64,000 nucleotides of DNA from Hyaloraphidium curvatum SAG 235-1 (taxonomy: Eukaryota > Fungi > Monoblepharomycota), in the NCBI GenBank assembly GCA_025558095.1, contig JAIVFI010000016.1, forward strand, positions 62,001 to 126,000, given 5' to 3'. This document shows positions 21,797-34,483 of this stretch, piece by piece. Below the pieces are notes generated by a model that ran no database searches, was not told where the DNA came from, and saw only the letters and a program-made list of their open reading frames with translations. The translations under genes were made by a program, and so were the position numbers. Each line of letters starts with the position of its first letter. Positions within the stretch are counted from its first letter, which is position 1.

Positions 21797-23311
21797 CTAC
21801 GACGTGGCATCGATCTTGCGCGCGACGAGGACCAAGTTCCTCGGCGACACCCCCGGGTCGAACAGCGGCACCACCTGCACATCCACCCGCTCCCCATGCC
21901 TCTCCGCCTCTTCGACCAGGAACAGGGCGCGGTCCAGGATGATCAGCGATTCCGCAACGGCACCGAGGGCGTGCCGCATGGCACCAAACACCCCCATCGC
22001 GGGTGCTTCCTCCTTCCGCACGGAGTCAAACCTCTTGTCCAGGCCGTCCAGCTCCAGACCGGGCCCGAGTGCCTCGCGGGCGTACTCGGCGAACGGCCGG
22101 CCCGGCTTGTAGCGGCTGTGCGTCCCCCTGGGAAGCCCGCCGCCTTCGCCGCCGCAGGCGGCACAGGGGCGTCCGGCCTCGTGGAGTTCCGCGTGGACGA
22201 GCTCCAACAATGCCCTGGCCGCGAGCCGGGTCCTCAGCCCTGTCCTGTCCGGCTGAAGGGCCAGGAAGGCGGGCGTGGCGCTCTGCGCTGCCGTTTCCCT
22301 TGCGCGGCGGGGTTGGAGGGCGGCAGTGTCCAGAAAACGAACCGCCGTGGAAAGCGGGAAGGTGGTGATATGCTGGTGGCAGCACGCTGCAACAACAAGG
22401 GCGCGATAGGGCGACTCTGGTGTCGCAAATGCGCGGCATAGGTCGGCAGTGAGTTCGCCACAAGAATGGAGACCGGCAAGGAGGGCAGCTGACGTGAGAT
22501 TCAGGGCCTGCAAAGAATCAGGCCCCAGAGTGCCGACGACGAGGGTGCTCTGCGGCGTCGGGGAACCTTCCCTCCCTGCTGCTTCAGGTGTCCGTACACC
22601 TCGCCGCCGGCGGGCTTCCGCTTCGGCTCTTGCGCGCTTCTTTTCGGCGCTCGCGACCGTGTCCGAGTTCCGCTCGATGCCGACGACATCCAGACCGAAA
22701 CGGGCCGTGAGCACCGTTCCGAGCCGTCCAGCTCCAGCTCCCGCGTCCACCACCTTCCCAAGCTGTGACTTCGCGGCGACGGAGCCGATGCGATCGACCA
22801 AGAGGTCCAGTTCGTGGGACTTCTTCCGCGAAGTGTACAGCGGATCCGGGCGATTGCTCGGGTCATCCCACGTCGATACAGTGGTCGTTTCCGCAGGTAT
22901 CCGCGGCATGGCAAGTTCCCTGGCCCTCGAAAACCAAGAGGACAGAGTCTCCAGCTCTGCAGACATGGCCGGCATGTCGTCCGTCCCGGCCAGCAAATCC
23001 GAAGCGTCGTCTCTTTCCCTTCCAGCGGCCTTCATGACGCCCAGAGCCCCCTTCCACGCCTCATCGCGACCGTACATGAGAAAATCGGCCGGGTGCGCCG
23101 CCAACAGGGCGGCATTGTCAAGCGGGACGACCTCGGCCGTGAACGCGGCGAGCGAGGAGGCATAGCGACGCGCTGCTGCCAAATGGTCGCCAAACGACGG
23201 GACAGCGCCATCGGAACCAGGTTCTGGAAAGAATGCAGGAGGCAGATTGAACGGATTCCCGTTCTCCATCCTCCAAGACGGACGAGAGCCTCTCGTTGCT
23301 TCGTTTCCCAA
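21797..23311 (-). CDS. METTL25/RRNAD1-like SAM-dependent methyltransferase
   Basis: KKSHEL, VVDAGAGAGRLG, LAGLHSCGEL, ACCH, ESLIILDRALFL, PLFDPGVSPRNLVLVA. Confidence 0.88.
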   Translation of the reverse strand: MGNEATRGSRPSWRMENGNPFNLPPAFFPEPGSDGAVPSFGDHLAAARRYASSLAAFTAEVVPLDNAALLAAHPADFLMYGRDEAWKGALGVMKAAGRERDDASDLLAGTDDMPAMSAELETLSSWFSRARELAMPRIPAETTTVSTWDDPSNRPDPLYTSRKKSHELDLLVDRIGSVAAKSQLGKVVDAGAGAGRLGTVLTARFGLDVVGIERNSDTVASAEKKRARAEAEARRRRGVRTPEAAGREGSPTPQSTLVVGTLGPDSLQALNLTSAALLAGLHSCGELTADLCRAFATPESPYRALVVAACCHQHITTFPLSTAVRFLDTAALQPRRARETAAQSATPAFLALQPDRTGLRTRLAARALLELVHAELHEAGRPCAACGGEGGGLPRGTHSRYKPGRPFAEYAREALGPGLELDGLDKRFDSVRKEEAPAMGVFGAMRHALGAVAESLIILDRALFLVEEAERHGERVDVQVVPLFDPGVSPRNLVLVARKIDATS

Positions 23312-23371
23312 AGGCTTGGTCGCAAAACATCATCGTAGTAGCGTCGCTCCGATCTGCGTTCACACCCGCCG

Positions 23372-24002
23372 ATGAAGCTCGCAACTGCCCGAGTGATGTT
23401 GCTTTCGGCACGGTCAGCACTGCTGCGTCAGGGCGCCTCTGTGGCGATTCGGGCCGCGTCGACCTCTCCGCCGCCCCCGTCGGCCGCGGCGCCGCTCCCG
23501 CAGCCGACCGAGCAGCTGGCCCCGCTGCCCCTTCTGCGGTCTATCCTCCGGCTCCACCGCCGCCTCCCGCCCGCCCTGCGCTACATGGGCGACCGCTACG
23601 TGCTCGATGAGTTCCGCCGCCATCGGGAAGCGGAGGAACGCTTCGTCGCCGGTTTCCTGGCCCAGTGGAACGGGTACCTGCTCGCCATGCGGGACCAAGT
23701 GTCCCGGGAGGAGACGAGGGGGAAGCTCGGGGTGTTTGGCGAGCCCGAAGTCGGCGTGACGGGCGAGTGGGTGGGGAAGGACCTGGGAAAGGACGTGCTA
23801 GACAAGATGACCGACGCGCAGGTCGGGCAGCTTTGGGCTTTGAGGTGGGGTTCGGACGACTTTCATTCCTTTGGACTTCATTGACATGCTCTGTCAACTT
23901 ACTTTCAGGGAGGAAGCTAAGTCGCTGGGTCGGAAGGAGGTCGACGCCATGGAGGCCATCGCCAACGGCACGCCCCTCCCTGACGGCGAGGGCAAGAAGT
24001 GA
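23372..24002 (+). CDS. SDH7: Succinate dehydrogenase assembly factor 3 (Sdh7/ACN9, LYR family)
   Basis: Mitochondrial presequence, then LRSILRLHRRLPPALRYMGDRYVLDEFRRH..FLAQW..Y..QVGQLWALR. One intron near 23845-23908. Confidence 0.9.
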
Positions 24003-24113
24003 TCGAATCTTGATCCACGCTTCTCGGACAGACTATCCGCATGGCACGGATGACGTGAACGACAACTGGGCAGCGATGTTGACGATGTTGAGTTGTGTTC
24101 GATAGATCAGACG

Positions 24114-27100
24114 CTACAAGCCAGAGGGCGGAAACACTTCCGCGGTTGGACTTCGGTCCTTTTTCTGCCTCCTCTTTATCTTCACGTTCGGCAGTCTGTA
24201 CGGACCGTCGTCGTCAGAGTCGGTGACGACCGCGGGAGGGGAGCGTTCGCGGGGAGGCGCCGCCGGAGGAGGTTCCGCGCCTTCAGCAGGACCAGTTGCC
24301 GGCCGATCAGTCGCTTCCGTTCCTGCCGGCGGTTCCTTGGGCTGCTCCTGCGCAGGCTCCGGCGGTTCGTCCGAGTCGCTACACAGGTCGATCACCTCCG
24401 GAGGTTCCCGTCCGATCAACTTAGGAGGCTGCCCCGGGAGTGTCCACTGCTCCACGATAGGAGCCCCCACCGCCTGTGCCACGAAAGCGCGGACCGGTCC
24501 GGCAATTCGACCGGGGGCAGCAGCTCGTGGCGGCAGCGAACGCTTTGGCGCGGAGCCCGCCGACGCCTTCGGAGGCGGTCCTGCGAGCGACGAGGATCCC
24601 GCCCGTTCTTTGCCCTTCCCCGAAGACTTCGAGGACGGAAATACCGGGATCTCAATGACCTCGTCGTCAGCATCCACATCTCCAGAAGTAGGCGGTGTCG
24701 CAAGCGTCGGAGACACTGCCAAAGCGGACGAAGGCACCTCGATCGCGGCGGCGGCCTCGAGGGCCGCCCGAAGAGCCGCCGAATCCGAAAAAGAAGCCGC
24801 CGTTTCAGGAAAGTCCCCGTTCGCGACGTCCGGCCCAAAACTGATGAGTACAAGCCGCTTCGCCCGAGTCTGAGCGTCCGTCGGCGATGCTCCATCGCGA
24901 GCTTCAACATCCTTGAACGTGGAGTCGTGGACGCTGCCACCCGCCTCGTTCTGCCGTTCAATTGCGATGTCCCCGGAAACGGTGGACTGAAGGTCGTCGA
25001 AATCGTCCGAGACCGAAGGCAGGTCATCCGCGGGAGCATCCTCGGTCGGCAAGGTGGCCAGCTCAAGGTCTGCCGCCGCTTCATGACCAATCCCGTCCTG
25101 GGCCGGCGGGTCGGCCTGCTCGGGCTCTGCCGGCACCGCCGGACCGAACACGACCTCCACAGGAGCGTGTCCACCCTGCGCAGCGGCGGCTCCGTCCTCC
25201 AGATCGTCCTCGATCGTGCCATCCTCGCTCTCCGGCACCGAAAACACGGAGGCGCGGTCGTCCGTGTCCATGGGATCGCCGATACGGTACCACCCCGACG
25301 CTGCCGCGGCCGGCTCCCCTGCAAGGCCCGCAACAGCCTCCTTCGACCCGGCGAGAGCTTCGTCCTTGAGCGGAATGCCAAACTCGTCCGAAAATCCTTT
25401 AGTGTAAAGGTTGACGTCGCCCGTAGCATGACCGACGGCCAGAAACGTCTCGTCTGCGAGGAATTGAGCTGGGATGGGTGGAAGCCCCGGAAACCCTCAC
25501 CGTCCGACACCGCCATCCTCGTGATTGAGCTGAACTGCTCTCCAGGTTCCAAGACGTGGAAAGGAAGTAGCTCCCGTGTGCCCTCCTCGTCGTTGATCCT
25601 GAACGAACCCAGGCTGTAGGGATCGTAGAAAGCAATCCGGCCGTCCTCGCCGCCAATGACGAGAACGCCGTCACGGAGCCATGCCGCCGCCTTCAGTCCA
25701 TCACCCGCTGCTCGAAGAACGTTACGAAAAATGCTTGGTAAGGTCCATCGTGTAACTCACATTTGATACGCGGCTTGCGGTCCTTGTGATCCAGGACTGC
25801 CACCAGCGCCTCGGCCGAACTCTTCTCCCAGTTTCGCGTCTGCGCGGGCACAGCTTGTTGCTGAGCCCGCGTGGTCCGCCGTGATCGCTCGGACGTTGCC
25901 GGGTCGTCGCCGCTCTCCACAGGTTCGGCTCGCAAAAGGCCGGCAAAATCCCAAATCTTGGCCACTCCGTCGGCACACAGTGTCACCATAAAGCGATCGT
26001 CGCGGCTGAAAACGATCTCATTCATGTCCTGCTGACCCGTATCGACGCGCCGCAGGGGCCGGATGGTACCCTTGGCGTTGACGTATTCGAAGATGTGCAG
26101 GACCTCGTCCGACGGCTTCTTGATCTCCCGTTCCCCAATTTCCGTTATGCTCGGCGTGACGCCCACGGCCAAAAACTTGCCCGAATGCGAAACCCTGAGG
26201 CAGGAAACGGGGAAAGCCATGGTGTATCGGGAGGTCGACTGTGCTTCCGGCTCCCCCCGTTCGTTGACCCGCACCAGGCAAACCTGAGGCAAGCGAACGA
26301 TCAGATCCAAGGAGAGAAAGCTGCAGCGTGGTCGCCCTACCGCCCCGTAGTTCTTCCGTTTCCCAACCCTGATGCTGATATCCATGCCAACCACCAGGAG
26401 TTTCCTCATCCAGGCCATGTCCGTCACGCCAGGTTCCTCCGGCACCTTCCAGGTCATGGTCAGAGATCTGTCCCTCAAGCCCAACCGATACTCCACGCCC
26501 CGGTCGCCGGGCAAAAACAGCTGCACCTTGCCCTTGCTGAATCCAACGGCAAACATGTCACCGACTCCGCCGGGACGCACCGCGATCCGCACAGCCTGGC
26601 TATCAGGGCTTCGACAGACCAACCGAGCACCTTTCCTGGCCCCTTCTTCCAACGGCCAGACAAACACGCCTCCATCGCCCCCGCAGCTGACCACGTGGGG
26701 CCTCCCTGTCCAATCGCGCACGGTACGAATGTCGTAGACGGTACAAGGCTTCTTGTCGGAGTCGGGTTTGCCCTCGGCGGCAGAGTGATCGTGCACTGCA
26801 TGAATAACCGCGAATTCGAGGTCGATTTGGGGACGAATCCAGGCGTGAAGGAGGTTCGTAGGCGCGCAGTCCTCGTTGGCGCTGAAACCGACGGTGAGGC
26901 AGGTGACGCCGCAGGGAAGCTGATTGAAGAGCAGCTCCTCGGCGTCCATCGAACCTCTCGCAATGTGCCGACAAGGTCGATAGGAATGCTTGAGCTTCAT
27001 GGGCATCGGCCGAAGCTTGCCGGCGTGCGAAGTCCCCATGGAGCGCGAGGAAAGATGGCTCAGAAGCGGGGCCAAGGAGGACTGTCGGGGTGCCGACGCA

Positions 27101-28848
27101 GCGGTGCGGATGATGCCGCGAGGGCGCAGCAGGTCCGGAAAGCTGCGCCAACTGTCGTCGTTGGCCTCGTCGAGATAAACCCGCATTAGCTTCACCACCG
27201 CCAGGCCACGCGCATGCCGTTCGTGCTCCTCCACCATACGCTTCAGTTCGGCGCTGAGCTCCAACTTGACGGCACCCTCAGCAGCACTTTTGGTCATGCG
27301 GTCGAAAAGGGCGGTCGCTTCACGAAGCCAAAGCACGTGGCGCTCCTCGACTGCGGCCCGCATCGCAATAAACCTCACGTGCCCGGATACCAAAGCCGCC
27401 AGCTCCGAATCCATGAGGTCCGCGTGCAAAGCGCACGCCGAGTGGTGAAGCAAGTGCTTATGCCGCCGGCCTTTGGCGGGACCGAGTGGCTCCGCGTCCG
27501 AAATGGCACGCGCTTCGTCCGCAAGATTGGCTGGGAGAGTTGGGATCCCGGTCGTCACTTGGTCCGGCAAAAGAGGCAAGCATCGTGTGTCCAATTCCCT
27601 CCCAGGGTCGAGCCTCAGAAGATCCGCCACGGCTAACCGAATGCACTCATCCAGCTCGTTCGAGTCCATGCCTTCGATCCAGCCGTCCAAGTTGAGGGGG
27701 AGAGGAAGAAGTGGTCGCGGCTTCCAGACAGACTGCGGCTCGAAACCCGTTCGCTGCCGTTTCGACGCCCGTAGCTGCACTGAATCGAAGCGCGGAAGTG
27801 GCACGTCGACGTCGATGGCGTCGTCGGTCAAGTCCGTGACGTCCGCTTGCTTCCGTCGCAACGGTTTCCGGGCGGAAACGGCGGAGCTGAACATGCAACC
27901 AGCAGACGAGCCAGCTTGGATCGGGGGGGGAGCAGGGTCCGAAAGCACGATGTCCTCGTCTTCGTCATCATCGCTGGACAACAAATCCACATCCACAACC
28001 ACGCGAAAGGGAGCCGAACTGCTCGAGGGCTCACAAGAAGAAACGTGTGCGGACGACGTTGGAGCCGTTCCCGATCCGCTGGCAGGTTCAGTTGACGGAC
28101 CGGCTGCCGGATCGACTTCTTGCGCTTGCGGTGGGGGCACCGCGGCTTCCGACTCCACCCTTTGCTGGTTCAAAGCTGGCAGTTCTCGCGGCGCTGGCGA
28201 AGCCTGACGTGACGTCCTGTCTTTCTGTTTCCGGCCCCTCGTCCCTGGTGGAACTGCCCTTTCCAGGCGCGGAGACGCATTTGCCCGGGCCTGCTCCGCA
28301 GCAAGCGCCTTGGCCCGGGCCTCCGCCGCAAGCACCAGCTTGCGAATTTCGTCGTGCCCGTTGTTTTTCGCCACGAACGACGCCGTGAGGCCCTCTTCGT
28401 TGAGCAAAGACAGGTCCGACCCGGGATCCTCGGCCAGCATCTTCGCAATCTCGGTGAAGCCTTTCTGACAAGCCCAGTGTAAGGCAGTGTTGCCACGGTT
28501 GTCCAGGTAGTTGCGCTCCACGCGGTCATCTACGCGGTCGTCCTCGAGCAGGGCACGGACGGCTTCAAGCCGGTTGTTGCGGACCGCCGCCGCGAGCGCA
28601 GTGAACCCTTCCCGAGGATCGCTCGCGTTCGCGACGGTTCGCTTGTCTTTTAGAAGCAGCTTTATCACCTCGGTTTGCCCCGCACGGGCCGCACGAATCA
28701 GCGCCGTCCGTCCCAGCGTATCGGTGGCCTCAGGAGAGACCCCCGCCGACAGAAAGTCGGCCACCTCCCGTACGTTCCCGGCGCCGCAAGAATTTAGGAA
28801 ACGAGTATCTAGGTCGGCATCCCGCGGAGCCGCCGCGGGCGGCGCCAT
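24114..28848 (-). CDS. Ankyrin-repeat + WD40-repeat protein with multiple SIM-like acidic motifs; multi-exon
   Basis: N-terminal ankyrin repeats (GRTALIRAAR, GFTALAAAVR, GNTALHWACQ, GLTASFVAK); WD blades (VVSCGGDGGVFVW, MVTLCADGVAKIWD, LVIGGEDGRIAFYD, FLAVGHATGDVNLY); acidic tail in ORF 24114-25271. Confidence 0.8.
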
Positions 28849-28994
28849 ATTGGGCCCGAGGCCCCGAATGGGGGCCGGAAAGATGCCCAGCGGGGACGAG
28901 CCGAACCGTCAAACACCTGCCTTGCGGAACTCCACGTCCACGTCTCATTTGAATCACAGCATAAGATCAACGCAATACATCAAATGGCCTCTGG

Positions 28995-29619
28995 TCAATA
29001 CTTTTGCGCGTTCTGAGCGGGAGGATGTCAGCTGGCATCTCGAATCAGAACACCGTATGTCTCACCTTGTCCATCCTGTCCTCCTGGACGCCGTACTTCC
29101 CGCCGTACCCTTGTGCAAAGGTGCCCTTGCTGCCGTCCGAGGAAATGTCAGGGCCCAGCTACGCGTAGAGGCGTCCCTGGTACTCGCCTCTCGTACTCCT
29201 TCTTGACGTGGTCCTCGTGCTTCTCGATCGCCCCCGGAATCACGGTCTTCATGTCCGTCACGGGCTCCTTCTTTGCCTCGAGAGTGACTGGCGGTGTAGC
29301 TCCAATGAGACGGGCTCACAGCGGGTCACGCCGACCGTGCCAACCCGGGTTCGACACAGAACCGAAGCGTTGTTGCTTCTCCGACACGTTGTTCACAAAA
29401 TCGGGGTCCGTTTCCCAATCTGCTCTTCGCCAAAGAAAGCGGAGATGTGCGTGTCGGCACGGCCGACCGGGGGTTCGAGCACGAAGACGGCGCGAGAGCG
29501 GGAGACGCGTCAGGACGCGTCGCGTCGGGCAACGCGCCGGGGATCCGACCATCGTCGTCGGCCTGCTTCTTCGGCTTCTCCTTTTCCGTGTCGTCGAGTC
29601 CGACCTGGGCCTTCCACAT
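28995..29619 (-). CDS. Miniature cortactin/HS1-like protein (N-terminal acidic domain + one HS1 repeat, no SH3)
   Basis: Spliced exons give [47 protein letters not shown]|NAQKY*, matching the cortactin N-terminus (MWKA..[29 protein letters not shown]..DRMDK). Confidence 0.85.
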
Positions 29620-29792
29620 CGTGGAGGTGGGAAGCGAGTTCGAGTTCGCGATCCTGGGTGCGCCCACGCCGCCTTCCATCCATCGAACCGCCTCCATCTA
29701 CTTCCTCTCGCCCGTGTGCCTGGGCATTTCAATCATAACAGCGATCGGATATTTTCCATTTGCTCTGCATCCAGAAAGCTCCGCCTGTATAA

Positions 29793-32470
29793 TCAGATCC
29801 TCCTCCCCCCGCCGAGCCCGACCATGCCACCCGTCCCGTTTGCCTGCGGCTTCCCCTTTGCCCTCTTGCCCACCTCGGCCACCTGTCCCTGCAGGTCCGT
29901 CACCGCGGTCTCGATCCACAGCAGCGAGGACAGGTGCTGGTTCAGCACGAGCGAGATCTGCGAGAGCTGCACATGGAGACTCCGTCAGCGTGCTGTCGTA
30001 GGTAGGAGCAGCGTGAATACCAACCGCATCCTGGTCCCCGACGGGCTCGTCCTCGGCCCCCGTGCCGGCGCCCTTGGCCGCGTTGATCTCCTTGATGATG
30101 CCCCCGAGGTTGCCCGCGATCTCGTCGAGCTGCCTGCCGAGCGCGACGGCGCCCGAGTAGGTCTTTTCCCTCTCGGCGTCGCCCGGGTTTCTGGTAAGTG
30201 AGAGACCATTCAGCTTCTAGGCACCCGACGATGGGCCGGCGTGATACCCACGGTCCAATCCACCCCATCCCGCCCTGCCCCTGCGCCTGCCCGGGCAGCA
30301 TCCCCTGCTGCTCCAGCGCCTCGCGCACCTGGCGCTCGTACTCCCCCAGCACGTCGTCGAGCTCGCGCTGCTGCGCCTCGACGTACTCGAGGTTGCGGTC
30401 GATGTCGGCCTGCAGCGACTCGGCGCGGACGATGCGGTTGTGCAGCTGCGTAATCTGCTCGACGAGTGCGGGTCAGCAAAAGGGCGAACCAACAAGGCGG
30501 AATGAACGAACCTCGTGCGAGTTCCGGATCAGCACGTTGTCCCACTGCGCGACGTCCGCCGCGGTGCGATGGAACTTTGCCGTCGCCTCGTCGAGCTCCG
30601 CGCTCCACCTGTTGACGATCTCCTCCACCGTCTTGGTGCGCAGCGTCGCCGGCGGGGCAACCGGCTTGGCGGCAGGGGCAGGCGCGAGAGCAGAGGTCGC
30701 CGCCGAGGGGCCGGCGGCGGGAGCGGCGGTCGAGGCGGGCGCAGCACCGAACGTGAGCCCGCCGGCCTGCGTGGTCTTTGCAGCCGGCGTTGCAGAAAGG
30801 TCCGAGACCTTGAGCGGACCGGGCGTCTGCGGGACAGAGGTGACGACTGGGGCAGGGATGGTGACGGCAGGTGTCGACGAGGTGGTGGAAGCGCCGAACG
30901 AAAAGCCGGGGAGGGCGGAGGTCGTGGCGGATGTGGAGGCGGCAGACGTCGTCGCGGCCGGCGCGCCGGTGCTCGGGGCGCCGAACGTGAGACCCGCGGG
31001 CTTGGTCGCGTCAGCGGGCTTGGGGAGGGACAACGAAGGAAGAGCGGGTGCGGTGCTCGCGGTCGAAGCTGGAGCAGCCCCGAAGAGCGGCGCAGGTGCC
31101 GCAGCGCTCGTCGTAGCCGGGGCAGGAGCCGTCGTCGAAGAAGCCGGCGCCGCAGGAGTGGCTCCAAAGCTGAACGAGGGAGCAGCAGCGCTGGAAGTTG
31201 CGGCTGGCGCGGTGGTCGCAGCGGGTGTGGCTGGCAAACAAGATTAGCCCAAAGATTGCGACAGCTGAAAGAGAAGCACACTCACTTGTGCCAAACGAGA
31301 AAGGCTTCGCGCCACCGGCCGCCGGGGCCCCAAAGAGGCCACCAGCAGGAGTCGGTGCGGCAGCCTGCGTTGTCCTCGATGCCGTGGTGGCCGCTGGGGC
31401 GCCAAACAAGCCGCCAGCACCCGGTGCGGGAGCAGGTGCTCCTGCGCCGAAGCCGAATCCCGGGGTGCTCGTGCTGGCAGGCGCGGTCGTGGCGGCCGGC
31501 GCGGACGTGCTCGGCGCCGTCCCTCCGAAGCTGAACGAGGGGGCCGACGACGCAGGTGCGGCGCTCGTGGAAGCGCCGGTCCCGAAAGCCGGTGCGCCGG
31601 TCGTTGCGAACAAACCACCGGACGGGGCTGCGGATGGGGTACCCGCAGCGGGCTGCGCCGGCGTCGCGGATCCGAACGAGAACCCGCCCGCGGCGGGGGC
31701 GGCGGGAGCGGCGCTCGCTGCAGATTGGGCGGCACCACCGAAGCTGAATGCGCCTGTGGGTGCGGCGGCAGCGCTCGTCGTCGCGGGCTGGGCAGCCGCG
31801 CCGCCGAACGAGAAGGGGGAAGATGCAGTTGCGGCCGGCGCGGCAGCGGGGGCCGCGGTGGATGCAAAGAGCGAGCTTCCGCCGAACGCAGGTGCCGCAG
31901 GGGTTGCAGCCGGCTGAGAAGTGGCTCCGCCGGCCGCCCCGCCGAAGCTGAAGCCCGAGGTCGGGGCGGCCGGCGCGGTCGACGTCGCCCCGAACGTCGG
32001 GGCCGCGCCGCCGGCTCCGAAAGTCGTGTTTCCGAACGCAGGTGCGGCAGTAGTCGTGCTCCCGCCGGCAGCCCCGAAAGAGAAGCCAGCGGGCTTCGCC
32101 GCCGCAGCGGTCGCGCCGAACGCGGGCGCCTGGGTGCTCGTCGTCGACGCCGGCTGTCCAAAGCCGCCTGCCGCAGGGAAAACCGAAGAAAGAGAAAAAT
32201 CAATGGCAAGAAGCCGCCGCGAATCCAACGGAGTCCGACAGGTAAGGCAGGAAAAGGGGTGGTCAGAAAAGACGCGTCTCGAGCAAGAAGGAGACGCACC
32301 GAAGCCGCCGGCGGTCCCGCCCGTCCCGCTGCCGAAGGTAACTGGAAATGCCGCGTAAATGCCGCGAAAGGGGCCGCGGAGGGAGTCGGAGTGGATCCAA
32401 GGGCGTGGGCGAAAGAACGCGTGAGCACGAGAGACACGCGTCGCGCGGGCGACCCACAGCCGGACGACAT
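29793..32470 (-). CDS. NSP1: FG-nucleoporin Nsp1/Nup62
   Basis: Long FSFG/GLFG/AFG repeat region, then Nsp1_C coiled coil KTVEEIVNRWSAELDEATAKFHRTAADVAQWDNVL..IDRNLEYVEAQQRELDDVL..REKTYSGAV..ILVLNQHL. Confidence 0.92.
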
Positions 32471-32843
32471 GGCGGGAGACGGGGGTGCCAAAGAAATGGC
32501 TAAGAGAGCCGCCTTTTATAGCGAGCGGCGAGCGCGGGGGGCGGGCACGGCGCGCTCGTCGGCTGGGTCTGTTGGAAGAGCAGTGGTCTGGCTGCTCGAG
32601 CGGATGACGAGCAGAGTCTCACGCTCAACCGGACTTCCCTGGACGCACCTTGAATACTAAAGGACCTTGAATACTGAAGGACGACGGTGAAGATGTAGTT
32701 CACAGGTTCTTTCAGTCGGGTTTTTGAAACATCACGCTCCCTATCGGACGAGTCGGAAGCACTTGAACACTTTTCAACCGACCACCAATCCATCCACTGC
32801 CTGATGATTGATTGATTGATAATCCATCCACTGCCACCACCGA

Positions 32844-33927
32844 TCAGGTAATGCACACCGTGCTCGCCTTCCTGACGTGCTGGCAGTGTATGTCCGGCCT
32901 CAACTGGGCCAGCACGACATGCAGGCCGCGGCAGAGCGAAGTGTTGTCCGACAGGGGGCTGAAACCCTGGTATGCGGCATCAGCGGCAATCAGAAATGCG
33001 GCGCAGTCGGCGACGGACTGCGGGCTGGGGGCGGGGGAGTCGGAGTAGCCGGTTTGAAAGCCCTGGGTGTCGCAGAGGCTGTTGCCATGAGCGAGGTCAA
33101 TCCCAAAGCAAATGCAAATGACAGCGGTGAGATACCCACCCCTGAATGATGCCGCAGAGCTGCGCCTTGTCGGCCAGGAACGCCACCGCGGAGCTCAGCG
33201 CCTGCGCAAGGCCGGGATCGACGGCCACGACGACCGACGTCGCCAGCTCGCCGCCGGGCTGGAACGTGTACGTGGCGCCTTGCACCGAGGTGAAAGATGC
33301 CTGGGAGGTGGCGACGGTGATCTCGTGCTGGATCTGGAGCACGTCGGCCGAGGTGAAGTTGTACGAGAGGATGCGGGAGCGGGCGTAGCGGAAGCTGCCG
33401 AAGTTGCCGGCCGGGATGATGGCCACGAGGTATTCAGCCGTGGCTCTGCAATCAAGAGAGGTCAGGTCCTTGGTATCTGCGTGGTCACCGCATTTGCATG
33501 TCACCCACAGGCTGCCGGTGAAGGTCCCGATGCCGGGAAGGCTGTAAGGAGACCCTTCAACGAAGAGACCCTTGACGACGACGAGAAGAGCTTCCTCGGC
33601 TTGCAGCGCCGTGGTAATCGTGGGGTCGTTGCCCAGCTGGGCGTTCGAATGGATGAAGTTGTCGAGCCTGGCCAGCCTGCACGGCTTGAGCCCCTTGGGC
33701 CCGCCGACCAGCGCGCAGGTGCGGCAGGCGGTGTCGGCATCGCAGCCTTTGGAGCCGAAAAGGGCGTCGGCGGGGGAGAGGCACGAGACGTCGCACACGC
33801 GGGAGGTGCGCGGGCTCCGCGATCCGCGCTCGCAGGCGGCGGGGTCGCACCGCGCGGCGGCGCCCGCGACGAGGACGGAGAGGGCGAGCGCGAGCAGGAG
33901 AAGGCCGAGGGACGCACGGGAGGCCAT
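32844..33927 (-). CDS. Secreted Cys-rich protein with possible NTF2-like core and C-terminal NTxxCRxLH..RPxxHCxH motif
   Basis: Signal peptide MASRASLGLLLLALALSVLVAGAAA; Cys-rich N-domain. An intron at ~33080-33140 leads to the last exon GLCDTQ..DNTSLCRGLHVVLAQLRPDIHCQHVRKASTVCIT*. Confidence 0.6.
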
Positions 33928-34483
33928 TCTGCGTGGAGGACGCCGGGGCGACGGTGCAGTGCTAGGCGGTGCGAGACCCCGCAACAATCCAAAGGTGGTG
34001 TGGCAACCCGCCCGGCCAACCAGCCGCCGCTGGCTGTGTCGTTCTCCGCTCCCGATTCAGAGGTCCGAAATGCCACATTTCGGCATGGCATCAGTTGGAG
34101 TATGCAGAGATGGATAAGATGAGGGTTGCCGGCGGCACCGGAAGGCCAAATCTGCTGAGGGCGCTTCGATGCGGATGAACTGTCGTTGAGCACTCGCCAC
34201 TATCGTGGGCGACCATCGGCTCTCGCTGGCACTGAAGACGCGGGACCCAAGCTCATCTCGATACAGGTGGTGTGGTGTCCGACGCGATGGTCCCAAAAGG
34301 CGACGACGTCGTTTTCCGGTGCCGCCTGAGGCGCCTTCCAGCCACCCGGAGCTTGCACAGCTTGTTGCCGCCCAGCAAAACTTCACCCGCTCTCACAGCC
34401 GGATCGCGGGATTGAAAAAGACTCATCGTGACCACCATGGGGCCCCATTCCTGTGTCGCCAACTCCGCGACTCTTCTCTGGAA

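Noticed and set aside
30473-32228. Long Ala/Thr/Pro low-complexity repeats as adhesin or mucin
   Set aside because: Regular FSFG/GLFG motifs and the Nsp1_C coiled coil identify an ordinary FG nucleoporin.
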